Notes: a model not told the origin generated them from the sequence alone. Counted from the first letter of the stretch, positions 1-8,918 are shown. The stretch is 64,000 bases of DNA from Thermodesulfobacteriota bacterium (GCA_034189385.1 JAXHVD010000022.1:1-64000); one strand, 5' to 3'. Numbers and translations: made by a program.

Positions 1-823
1 TCCTCTTTGACCACCTGCCCACTGCCGCCAATGAGGACGAATTCAAATCCTTGCTGCCTCAGTATCTTGATCGCGGCCAGTATCTCCATGCCCCGCTAGG
101 AGCAGTTCACTAGACGCTTACTTATATATCAAAAAAATATAGCCCCTGGTAGTGGCTGTGTCAAGGGGAGGTGAAAGCAACACAGTTTCAGAAGTCCTAA
201 CACTTTTAGATTGAAGAGAAGGCCGTCGTCAAATCGATGGCCTTTTGCTGTTTTGAAAGGAGGTGAATAGAAATGGCTTACACGCCAGAACTCAGCGACA
301 GAGGAAGTGCGACAGTTGTGGCTGCAATCCCCATAAACACGGGCATTAGAGAGACGATGCCCATGCCAAATCTCCTGTCTCTCCACCTTGGCCAGGATTT
401 TATCAGCGCTTTCAGCTTTATTCCCCCAGTACAGAAGTTATCGGGACCTTTTTCTTTACCAACAAAGGATGACATTCGTGTCATGCCAATCGCTACCTCT
501 CTTACATAATGTAGTCCAATTATCGTACCGAGCTTAGCTCCGTCCGATAATTCACATTATATAATCGAGGCGATTGGCCCGCCACTCATGTCGACTGTTT
601 TTGTATCCCTTCCGGAGACATCACCGCCCACAACACACACCGTTCAAAAAAGGCATACCGTACCATTAACCAGGGGCAAATCGTCCATTATACGGGCTCT
701 CACGAAGCCGTATAGTAATTCATGTCATGTAGCAATTCATTTCCTTGCCATCACACCGCTTTCGACACCAGCACCTTTAAGAATCCCAACCCAAACCACT
801 CTTTACCAGGAAAGGAGGCCATT

Positions 824-1222
824 ATGTGGAACGAACCGACAAAGGGACGGCTGGACAGGATACCACGGCTCTATGAGACCGAACACATCCCCCTAAAGGA
901 CAAGCTTATCCACTTTCATTTCTTCATCGGAGGGTGTGATTGGTACATCTGCGAGTATGACGGCGAGGACCTGTTCTTTGGATTCGCCATTTTGAACAGG
1001 GATTTTCAAAACGGGGAGTGGGGCTATGTGAGCTTCAGCGAATTGAAAGCCATCAAGATACACGGCTGGCTGGAGATTGATTCTGAAACGGAAGATGTCT
1101 GGACCATCCGCCCAGCACGGGAGGTTGAAAAGATAAGGATAGCCCATGGATGGCTGGAGCAGAAAGAACCAACCCGTACCGAGACAAAGGCAGAGCCAAT
1201 GACAGTCAGTCCCATCCCTTAA
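824..1222 (+). CDS. DUF2958 family protein
   Basis: IPRLYETE...HFFIGGCDWYICEYDGEDLFFGF...EWGYVSFSEL signature; AAGGAGG SD before ATG 824 (ORF track start 722 is over-extended). Confidence 0.85.
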   Translation: MWNEPTKGRLDRIPRLYETEHIPLKDKLIHFHFFIGGCDWYICEYDGEDLFFGFAILNRDFQNGEWGYVSFSELKAIKIHGWLEIDSETEDVWTIRPAREVEKIRIAHGWLEQKEPTRTETKAEPMTVSPIP

Positions 1223-1307
1223 CCCACAACCAACTGTAAGTCCGTGAACAGAAGCCCTGGGGGCCACTATCCCTGGGGCTTTTTTGTTCTGGAAAGGAGG
1301 TGGACCT

Positions 1308-1499
1308 ATGACCAAGGAACAAGAGCGCCAGTACCAGGACCCAGAGCTGTTAAGGGAAATCCTGAAGAGAACCCTGAACGGTATGAAGTTCCGCTTGGAC
1401 TGCGGGCATCACATTACTTTTGGAGAGGTTCTTGGCAACGACATCACAATTATCAACGGCAAGGAGTTCAAGGTTATATGCTCCATGTGTGGACACTAA
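1308..1499 (+). CDS. Small hypothetical protein, probable Zn-binding (CGHH...CxxC)
   Basis: AAGGAGGTG SD at ~1294-1302, ATG 1308, 63 aa. Confidence 0.7.
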   Translation: MTKEQERQYQDPELLREILKRTLNGMKFRLDCGHHITFGEVLGNDITIINGKEFKVICSMCGH

Positions 1500-1552
1500 A
1501 GCTTGGCAAACAATACAACTGGCTGGTACAATAGGAAGGGAGGTGAAGATAG

Positions 1553-1720
1553 ATGGATGATTTCTTTGATGACTTGGACACTGAGGACTATGCTCTAATA
1601 GGTGGGCTCATAGGAATGTTTGAAGACGAGGCCCAAGAAGAAAGACGCAGACGGAAGAGATTGGAAGAAGAGATGTTGAATCCTGATGACAGTTTTCACG
1701 GCGAGGACGGCAACATTTAG
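1553..1720 (+). CDS. Small acidic hypothetical protein (55 aa), absent from the ORF track
   Basis: GGGAGGTG SD; MDDFFDDLDTEDYALIGGLIGMFEDEAQEERRRRKRLEEEMLNPDDSFHGEDGNI*. Confidence 0.7.
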   Translation: MDDFFDDLDTEDYALIGGLIGMFEDEAQEERRRRKRLEEEMLNPDDSFHGEDGNI

Positions 1721-1809
1721 GCAGATGGCACAGATTCTCCAGAAAGACCCAATCCGCACACCCCATATTCTTGGTGCCACCCACTACAATCTCACTTTTA
1801 GGGGGTAAG

Positions 1810-2142
1810 ATGGCAAAGATAATATCAATACTGACCGGAAAGGAGCTTGAATCAATGAAAGCACTGTATCTTGACAGTTTCGGAAGTCTCATAGGATTCA
1901 GATTCAGCGCTAGCCAAGGCTCTGCTGAAGTGTTGATGACATTTCCGGAATTACAGAGGCTCTTGGAAGAGCTGGGCGAGTATGAAAACTCCCAGGCACA
2001 ACCTAACCAACAAGTATTAGGGGCGATTAAAATCCTCAATGAATACCTTTTTGGCTTCCCGTTAGGGCTAGTAGCCAACGTGGTCATTGGGCAATCCCAT
2101 GTGAGGATTCAGCCTGACCCACCGATTGAAACGCCCGATTAG
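1810..2142 (+). CDS. Hypothetical protein
   Basis: GGGGGT SD-like before ATG 1810; co-directional with neighbours; no recognised motif. Confidence 0.55.
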   Translation: MAKIISILTGKELESMKALYLDSFGSLIGFRFSASQGSAEVLMTFPELQRLLEELGEYENSQAQPNQQVLGAIKILNEYLFGFPLGLVANVVIGQSHVRIQPDPPIETPD

Positions 2143-2429
2143 AAACGGAAGAGCGGCAACTAGTTCCCATAAGTCAAACCGGTTGCCCCCCATCCTCACA
2201 CACCCTCATGGTCCCTATGTTCGAGCACATCCGTCCCAACAGCGCTACCAACCTATTATAACCACTACGATTTTTCTTGAATTCCGTGCCCATATCTGCT
2301 AATTGAAATACAAAGAACTATGGCCAGCCCCCTATCGTTCACAGGACTGGTTGGACAGCACCGCTACTAGAAATAACCATCACGCATATTTCTTGTTCGT
2401 TTATCTCCCGTGTCAAGACAGGAGGTCTT

Positions 2430-3053
2430 ATGTCATCAAAACTAAAAGAATGTCCAACTTGTGGAAAAGAGGTAGCAAAATCGGCCAAGATTTGCCCCCA
2501 CTGCGGAGAAAAGCTGAAAAAGAGATGGTTCCTCAAAGCACTGATTGCAATCGTTCTGTTGATAATCGCTGTTATCGTACTAGGCCCCTCCGAACAAGAA
2601 AAAGCTACAACCGTGAATTCACCATCTCAAGGCCAGCAAAAGGCTACCTTTCGTATTACGAATGTAAAAAAATATAGCACTGACCACTATAAATATAAAT
2701 CCAAATTGCCACTAGTTTCCATAGCAATCGAGAATACAGGTGCAACAGCAATCACATCCAAGGCACTTAAGTGCCTTGTATCTTTTATAGACCTTGACAA
2801 CAAAAGAATTATTACTCAATATCAACGCAATCTCTTGAATGATTTTAAAGAGATTGCTCCTGGATTTACTTCACCCTTGATTGGCATACAAATTCTTAAC
2901 GTAGAAGCCAAGCTTGTAAAACTCATTGGCCAACGGCCTATCAGCTTTAGGATAAGCGCAACCGTGAAATGTGAACTTAATCAACATGTACAAGAGAAGG
3001 CGGTCATCTTTTATCCTTCAGAATACACTTCGCTCCCAGTTTGGGACTGGTGA
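2430..3053 (+). CDS. Zinc-ribbon plus single-TM membrane protein of mobile elements
   Basis: N-terminal CPTCG...CPHCG, hydrophobic helix, exported C-domain; AGGAGG SD. Confidence 0.8.
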   Translation: MSSKLKECPTCGKEVAKSAKICPHCGEKLKKRWFLKALIAIVLLIIAVIVLGPSEQEKATTVNSPSQGQQKATFRITNVKKYSTDHYKYKSKLPLVSIAIENTGATAITSKALKCLVSFIDLDNKRIITQYQRNLLNDFKEIAPGFTSPLIGIQILNVEAKLVKLIGQRPISFRISATVKCELNQHVQEKAVIFYPSEYTSLPVWDW

Positions 3054-3120
3054 TAGCTGGCCACAAACGAGTAGTCAGAAGACTCCCTTATTACTTTCCC
3101 TACCACATCAGGAGCCACCC

Positions 3121-3723
3121 ATGTCAAAGTACCTTACAGCGAAAGAACTCATGGAACGCTGGAACGTCAAGCACTTCGAGCTTTTTCACGAATACATTAC
3201 AAAGGGTCTCCAGCCCTATGATGACATGGGCAATCCAAGAAGCCCAGCGGACGTATCACTTAGCATAGGGGCACATATAGCACCGCCTGTATGTAAGAAT
3301 TGGGAGGACGTGGAGCTTCCAGAGCCCACGGAACACGTTAGGGAGATTGTTGAAAGAACCGTGTACGGCTCACTGTTCAAGAAAAGCGACGTAGACGAAA
3401 TTGAAAAACAGGGTCGCACCGAGGCAGATACAAAGGAAAGGATTCCCGACCTGCCGCAAGGAAAGAAGAAACCACGCCTATCTGTTGGCAAGGATAGGAA
3501 ACCACGCCCATCTGCGATACATAGAATACGTGTAAGAGCGAAAGCGGAGGAACTTTGGCTTCTCAACCCTGAAGAAACAATTGCTGACATGGCCCACAGA
3601 GACGAACTACACGAGACCTATCTCCATGAAAGGAAGGAGTGCTACTCTGAGGAACAGGTTCAGCGCTGGATACGCGACCTCTGCCCTAATCCTAAACGAG
3701 GAAGACCCAAGAAGAAGACATAG
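3121..3723 (+). CDS. Putative DNA-binding regulator of the element
   Basis: AGGAG SD before ATG 3121; N-terminus YLTAKELMERWNV resembles AlpA/Xis HTH starts; C-terminal HTH-like segment and basic KRGRPKK tail. Confidence 0.6.
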   Translation: MSKYLTAKELMERWNVKHFELFHEYITKGLQPYDDMGNPRSPADVSLSIGAHIAPPVCKNWEDVELPEPTEHVREIVERTVYGSLFKKSDVDEIEKQGRTEADTKERIPDLPQGKKKPRLSVGKDRKPRPSAIHRIRVRAKAEELWLLNPEETIADMAHRDELHETYLHERKECYSEEQVQRWIRDLCPNPKRGRPKKKT

Positions 3724-3814
3724 TCAGATAAATACACCAGCGTTAGCCAGAATCCTCTTCCCAGATGGTTCAGCTCAGCCCATCTCACGTCCCATAAGTT
3801 TTTTCCGCCACAAC

Positions 3815-3940
3815 TAGAAAACCGTTTTCTACGCTAGATGAAAGTATTTTACTTTCCCATCTATAATCCCCACGACACACGGGTTTGTTGTTCCTGAACT
3901 CACCGAAAACACCTCTCTAAAACTAGAAAACCTTTTTCTA
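3815..3940. promoter_or_regulatory. Two copies of a 17-bp palindromic operator-like site TAGAAAACC(G/T)TTTTCTA
   Basis: Copies at 3815-3831 and 3924-3940, both preceded by AAC. Confidence 0.6.
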
Positions 3941-4102
3941 CAGCTTCATCCCGATGATAAGAGTAAAATGTTGTACTATAATGTCTATAGAAACGCTCAA
4001 TAACTGTCTCCGCCATGTTGATGGCCATAAAAAGTGATATCAGTTTCATACGCATCATCTTAACAGCGACCGTCCTCACGTCAATTAGACAAGTCGCTTA
4101 AT

Positions 4103-4225
4103 AGAAGAGGACACAAGACCACAACACAACCTGTGAAGCCCCTCCCAGTCGCTTTGAAGGGCTTCCAGGCAAATCCGACGGACAGATTGTTCCCGTTCGT
4201 CGGGGTGGTTTTGTGTCCTTTTTTT
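4103..4225 (+). ncRNA. Putative three-way-junction structured RNA/leader upstream of the polymerase-like gene
   Basis: 20-bp closing stem 4103-4122/4205-4224 enclosing hairpins 4130-4169 and 4174-4204; G-U pairs favour the + strand; ends in a U tract. Confidence 0.65.
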
Positions 4226-4234
4226 GTCGGGTAA

Positions 4235-5677
4235 ATGCAGGACAGGAAGATTTTAACGAAAGCGAGGAAGTTATGGCCTATGGAATACAAGGAATGGCTG
4301 GAAAGAGCAATCGGGCTCGATTTAAACCTTGGCATCTATAACGACTATGCCATGCGAATAGCAGATATGATTTACTCACAAATTCACCGCTCTAAATGGA
4401 GAGCTGACTATAAGCCAGCCTTCTCCCGCATCATAGCCAATCTAAGAGTGTCTTATGAATTAGGCATCCCGCTTCATTACAGCAGAGACACTAACAGGAA
4501 ATACCAAGAATTCAGCGGTTGGCGCCTTCGGAATCTCGTTGACGCCATGGACGAGGAAAATCTCATCGAACAACATAACGGCTACTATGACGAGGAATTC
4601 GGTGGCAAGGAAACTCGAATGTGGGCGAGCGAAGACCTTATCGGTCTGTTTTTGGCTATACAGCCAGAGGACGTCGTGTTGGACCCTCCAGACCCAGTCG
4701 TAGATCTAAAGGACAGACCGCCAAAGAAGAATGGAAAAAGGCAGAAGCCAAAGAGCGTACCCTATCGGAGAAGCGTTGAAACCGATGCTATGACAAAGGA
4801 GCTGAAACAATACGGCGAGATGATGCTACGTCATCGAGTGGAACTCCACATTTCCAGCGATGATGATTTGTCAGAGAAAGCCGAGGAGCAATTAGTAAAT
4901 CTAATAACTCTGTATCGATATTCCTATCTTAGTATCCTGTATCCTAAGGGATTTCCTAATGCTAGCTATTCAATACTAAACACTAACAACTCTAGTAATA
5001 ACAGAATTGCTACCATTACTTACGAAATAGGCCAGCCGATAGGTATTAGATTCAGATACTGTTGGCTTCATCGAAGTTTCAGCGAAAAATTCACGTTGGG
5101 CGGTAGATACTATGGGGCACCTTGGCAATTCATTGGTGGTGAACTCAGAGCCCACATAACCATAGATGGACAATCGACCGTAGAACCTGATTACTCGGGC
5201 TACCATCTGCGGATGCTCTATCACCTGGAAGGTATCGAGTGCGAGAAAGACCCCTATGGGTTCTGTGAGCCGAAATTGAGAACTCTGTATAAGGACGTTG
5301 CCTTGATAATGATAAATTGTGGAGCAAAGCGATACCTTACCAATAGCATCAAGAAGCGGTTCAGGGACAAGGGACGGGAAAATGAGTTTGGCAAAGAAAT
5401 CTTTGACAAGGGTTTCATTAAGAAGATGGTTGCTGAATGCGAGGCATTCCATGAACCAGTCAAGGGCTTTTTCTGTTCCGACGTGGGTATCAAACTTCAA
5501 TACATCGACAGCGAGATAACATCCTGCGTGTTGGACCATTTTATCAGTGGCGACATTCCAATCCTGCCAGTCCATGACAGTTTTGTCGTGGCAGAGGAAC
5601 ACGGGCAGGTTTTACGCACGGTTATGACGGAGGCGTATGAATACCATTTGGGATTTGAGCCAGTGATAACGGGTTAA
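4235..5677 (+). CDS. Stand-alone superfamily-A (Pol I/T7 RNAP-like) nucleic-acid polymerase
   Basis: GGRYY, motif A DYSGYHLR, motif B RTLYK, LQYIDSEI, motif C VHDSF; no exonuclease or helicase domain apparent. Confidence 0.75.
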   Translation: MQDRKILTKARKLWPMEYKEWLERAIGLDLNLGIYNDYAMRIADMIYSQIHRSKWRADYKPAFSRIIANLRVSYELGIPLHYSRDTNRKYQEFSGWRLRNLVDAMDEENLIEQHNGYYDEEFGGKETRMWASEDLIGLFLAIQPEDVVLDPPDPVVDLKDRPPKKNGKRQKPKSVPYRRSVETDAMTKELKQYGEMMLRHRVELHISSDDDLSEKAEEQLVNLITLYRYSYLSILYPKGFPNASYSILNTNNSSNNRIATITYEIGQPIGIRFRYCWLHRSFSEKFTLGGRYYGAPWQFIGGELRAHITIDGQSTVEPDYSGYHLRMLYHLEGIECEKDPYGFCEPKLRTLYKDVALIMINCGAKRYLTNSIKKRFRDKGRENEFGKEIFDKGFIKKMVAECEAFHEPVKGFFCSDVGIKLQYIDSEITSCVLDHFISGDIPILPVHDSFVVAEEHGQVLRTVMTEAYEYHLGFEPVITG

Positions 5678-5879
5678 TTCCCTGGCAACGAGAGAGCCGA
5701 CCTCTAAAACTCGGCAACTACCCCCGCCTCCTCGGGGGACAAGCTGTGAATCAGCCATCGATTTTTTGAGGGGGATTTTTCAAATGGCTGAAATAGGATT
5801 TCCGAACCAATGGCAAGAGTTGACGCCATTTACACACAATGCTATTCACGCAAGAAATGGGTGCGAGGGAGGAGTGTGT

Positions 5880-7028
5880 ATGAAGGGGTCTATAAGCTAT
5901 GAGAGGGACAGGAAGAGGTGGGTCGTAGTTTGGTATTACGAGGGCAAGGATTACAAGGTTCGCCGATACAAGGGCGAGTTCCTATGGCATAGAACCATCG
6001 CTGAAAAGTGTCTCGCTCTCATCCAGGGCAGATGGGAAGACCATCTCCAAGGCAAATGCCAGTTTCGCATAGAGGAGTTCACGGGAAAAGGTTGGACAGA
6101 CGTAATAGAGTTCTATGAAACCTGGCTGAAAGAAGTAGTTAAAGGCAGTACCAAACCAGCCACATACAAATGTTATCGGTCCTACTTGACAAACTGGATT
6201 CAACCCTTTTTTGAAAAGAATCCTGTGAGGCTCCATGAGATACAGTTGGACACCTTGGTAAAGCTCAAGAACAGCATCACGCTCCAGCCCAAAGGCAAAT
6301 TCAACGTCATGAATGCCTTTCACGCCATGATGGATTACGGATGGAGGTCAAAGAGGATTCCCGAAATGCCACCCTTTCCCAAGAAGAGTGAGTATGGTCT
6401 TAAAGACCCAGAGTGGTCATGGTACACAAGAGAACAAAGGGACATGGTGTTGAACGCCATCCCACAGGAGCACAAACCGATTTTTGACTTTCTGGTAAAG
6501 CATTACCGAAGACCAGGAGAGGCTTGTGCCATGTTTAAGACCGATTATGACGCCATAAACGACGCTTTCTGGATTAGACGGACAATCAGCGACAGGAAAT
6601 TGACTGAAACCACCAAGACAGGGAAAGCCCATTATACCCCTTGTGATAGCGATTTCACCGCCACCGCCCGACGGCTTCTTAACGAAAACCTGGACAGTCC
6701 TTTCCTTTTTGTCAATCCACGCAGCAGGAAGAAGAATGAAGGTGGGCGGTACACATTGGAGAGCTTGAACACTGTTTGGAAAAAGGCGTGCGACGAGGCG
6801 GGAGTTCCGAGGATCTCCCTATACCACGGAACCAAACACACCGCTTGTACGCTGTTTGTGGAAGAAGGCGGAGGCCCCGATGAGCTACAAATTCTGACGG
6901 ACCATGCCCGCCGAGAGTCAGTTGAACGGTATTATAAGATAACTCTTAATCGCAAAAGGCGGATAATGAATCGCAGTAAGGTGATATCACTCTATCCCAA
7001 AGCTATCCCAGGGCCATCAGAGGAGTAA
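5880..7028 (+). CDS. int: Tyrosine recombinase / phage-type integrase
   Basis: RRPGEA (R), KTG (K), YHGTKH (HxxK), LTDH...ERYY (H, Y); GGAGGAG SD before ATG 5880; adjacent to att site. Confidence 0.9.
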   Translation: MKGSISYERDRKRWVVVWYYEGKDYKVRRYKGEFLWHRTIAEKCLALIQGRWEDHLQGKCQFRIEEFTGKGWTDVIEFYETWLKEVVKGSTKPATYKCYRSYLTNWIQPFFEKNPVRLHEIQLDTLVKLKNSITLQPKGKFNVMNAFHAMMDYGWRSKRIPEMPPFPKKSEYGLKDPEWSWYTREQRDMVLNAIPQEHKPIFDFLVKHYRRPGEACAMFKTDYDAINDAFWIRRTISDRKLTETTKTGKAHYTPCDSDFTATARRLLNENLDSPFLFVNPRSRKKNEGGRYTLESLNTVWKKACDEAGVPRISLYHGTKHTACTLFVEEGGGPDELQILTDHARRESVERYYKITLNRKRRIMNRSKVISLYPKAIPGPSEE

Positions 7029-7069
7029 TAATCCTCATTTATTTCAACTGGTTGGCGGAAGGTGTTGAA

Positions 7070-7094
7070 GTTCGATTCCCATGCACTTCCGCCA
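7070..7094 (+). repeat. att site: 3' fragment of tRNA-Sec (T-loop, acceptor 3' strand, GCCA)
   Basis: GTTCGATTCCCATGCACTTCCGCCA has the CTTCCGCCA end typical of selC; no 5' half upstream. Confidence 0.8.
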
Positions 7095-7202
7095 CAATTT
7101 CCTTTTATATCAAGATGTTGAGACAGATCGGCCCTTTCGAAACACGTCCCAAAGGCGTTCGTCTCCCGCCATATTATTCTGTGCAGGCCCAATTCATGCG
7201 CT

Positions 7203-7871
7203 CTAGGACGATGTCCCAATGAGAGAGCGAAACGTTTCGATCGTAGCACGGTAGTCGGAGCTGCCGAAGATGGCAGAACCGGCTACAAAGACGTTCGCGC
7301 CTGCCTCGGACACCTGTTGAATCGTCCCCTGGTTTACCCCCCCATCGACGGCAATGAGGATCGGTAGGCTCTTGGCGTCGATCATCGATTTCAGGGCCCT
7401 TATCTTTTCAAGGGCCTGGGGGATGAACTTCTGTCCTCCAAAGCCCGGGTTGACGCTCATGACCAAGACCAGGTCCACATCCTCCAAGATCCATTCCAAG
7501 GTCGAAAGGGGCGTCGATGGATTCAGGGCCACCCCTGCCTTGGCGCCATGGTCTTTGATAGCCTGAATCGTCCTGTGGAGGTGATAGCAGGCCTCGGGAT
7601 GGACGGTCACATAACTGGAGCTGCCCCCTGCTTGGGCAAAGGCCTCCACATACTGGTCGGGGTTTTCGATCATCAGGTGCATGTCAAGGGGAAGGGCGGT
7701 CACCCTTCTCACCGCTTCTGCCACCAAGGGGCCGATGGTGATGTTGGGCACGAAATGGCCGTCCATGACGTCCACATGGATCCAATCGGCACCGGCCGCC
7801 TCTACGGCCTTGATCTCATCGCCAAGCTTTGCAAAGTCTGCAGACAATATGGATGGGGCAATAAGCTTCAT
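7203..7871 (-). CDS. rpe: Ribulose-phosphate 3-epimerase
   Basis: [37 protein letters not shown]. Confidence 0.98.
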   Translation of the reverse strand: MKLIAPSILSADFAKLGDEIKAVEAAGADWIHVDVMDGHFVPNITIGPLVAEAVRRVTALPLDMHLMIENPDQYVEAFAQAGGSSSYVTVHPEACYHLHRTIQAIKDHGAKAGVALNPSTPLSTLEWILEDVDLVLVMSVNPGFGGQKFIPQALEKIRALKSMIDAKSLPILIAVDGGVNQGTIQQVSEAGANVFVAGSAIFGSSDYRATIETFRSLIGTSS

Positions 7872-7937
7872 GTTTCTCCTCCATGATGCGTAACAGCCGA
7901 TTCATTTCCTGCGGTTTCCACCAAGGGGACTTGGTGC

Positions 7938-8918
7938 CTAAAGAGGTGGCAGGCCAGGATCTTCAAAACGCCCTTCAGGAGGGCAACTCCATGCCAACTC
8001 TCCGTCTTGGTAGAAAAAAAGTGTTACCCCAGAGGTGCGGGGGGTCAGCATCCAGACCTCCTTCCCAGGGGGTTCAAAAGCGTCATATAGATCATAGAGC
8101 ATCCCAAAGGCGCTTATGCGAAGCCGAAGGTGTCTCTTCAGCCAGCCGCTGGATACACGATGATGAAAGACGTAGAGCCCCTTGTCAAGGATCGGCATCT
8201 GTTCTGACCTGTTTAGGGTCAAATTTACCAGGCTCCCAGAAGCAACAGGGTGTCCAGCCAAGGGCCTTTGACCTACCACCACATCTTTTGGCAGGTTGCT
8301 CTTCTGGACAGAGCGAATCTGGCCCAGGTTCAGTTGAGATCGCTCCAATATAAAGATGGCATCTTCCACGGTAAGACCATCCAAGTAGGGCATCTTAAAT
8401 CTCACCGGCCTTCGGCCAAGGCTGATCAACAAGTCTATAGGAGTGCCCCGCTTGACCTTTGTGCCGGGAGGCGGTGCTTGGCCCATGAGTTCGCCCCTCG
8501 TGGCCCGTTGGCTGTGTGTTTTGGAAACGACCCCTTCTGCAAGCCCATTCTCTTCCATGATGATATGGGCTTCACGTACGTCCATGCCCACCAGATTGGG
8601 TACAAGCACACTCTTGGGCCCTTTGGACAACACAATTCTTATGTCTCGGTCTTTCTTTACCTCGGCACCGGGTCTGGGGTCCTGATAGGCCACATGGTTC
8701 TTGGGAAGGTTGGCCCTATATTCGAAACCGCTTATCTTGATATTGAGTCCCAGGTCGGTGAGAATCTCCAGCGCATATACCACATCTTTGCCTCCAAGAT
8801 CGGGCACGACGACGACATCCTCACTCCTGATAATGAACCTCAGGGTGAGATAGCCAGTGGCTCCTGCAATGACGGCAAAAAGCCCAAAGAGTATCCCTAT
8901 CCTGAAAACAGCCCTCAC
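7938..8918 (-). CDS. PASTA domain-containing membrane protein
   Basis: N-terminal TM and three PASTA repeats (VPDLGG, VPNLVG, MPYLDG). Confidence 0.9.
   Translation of the reverse strand: MRAVFRIGILFGLFAVIAGATGYLTLRFIIRSEDVVVVPDLGGKDVVYALEILTDLGLNIKISGFEYRANLPKNHVAYQDPRPGAEVKKDRDIRIVLSKGPKSVLVPNLVGMDVREAHIIMEENGLAEGVVSKTHSQRATRGELMGQAPPPGTKVKRGTPIDLLISLGRRPVRFKMPYLDGLTVEDAIFILERSQLNLGQIRSVQKSNLPKDVVVGQRPLAGHPVASGSLVNLTLNRSEQMPILDKGLYVFHHRVSSGWLKRHLRLRISAFGMLYDLYDAFEPPGKEVWMLTPRTSGVTLFFYQDGELAWSCPPEGRFEDPGLPPL

Larger units (their letters stand above)
1..7094. mobile_element. Right end of an integrative element (ICE/IME/satellite-like) inserted in tRNA-Sec; left end lies outside the window
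   Basis: Tyrosine integrase 5880-7028 immediately followed by a tRNA-Sec 3' fragment (7070-7094); DUF2958, zinc-ribbon and polymerase-like cargo; housekeeping genes resume at 7203. Confidence 0.88.

Noticed and set aside
1..89. Minus-strand ORF start MEILAAIKILRQQGFEFVLIGG running off the window
   Set aside because: Too short and truncated by the window edge to support a call
4103..5677. Retron or DGR (structured RNA plus polymerase)
   Set aside because: The protein has family-A motifs (DYS..., VHD), not the RT YxDD motif; no template/variable repeat pair is seen
7030..7094. Complete tRNA-Sec gene
   Set aside because: Only the last ~25 nt match; no D arm or UCA anticodon arm upstream
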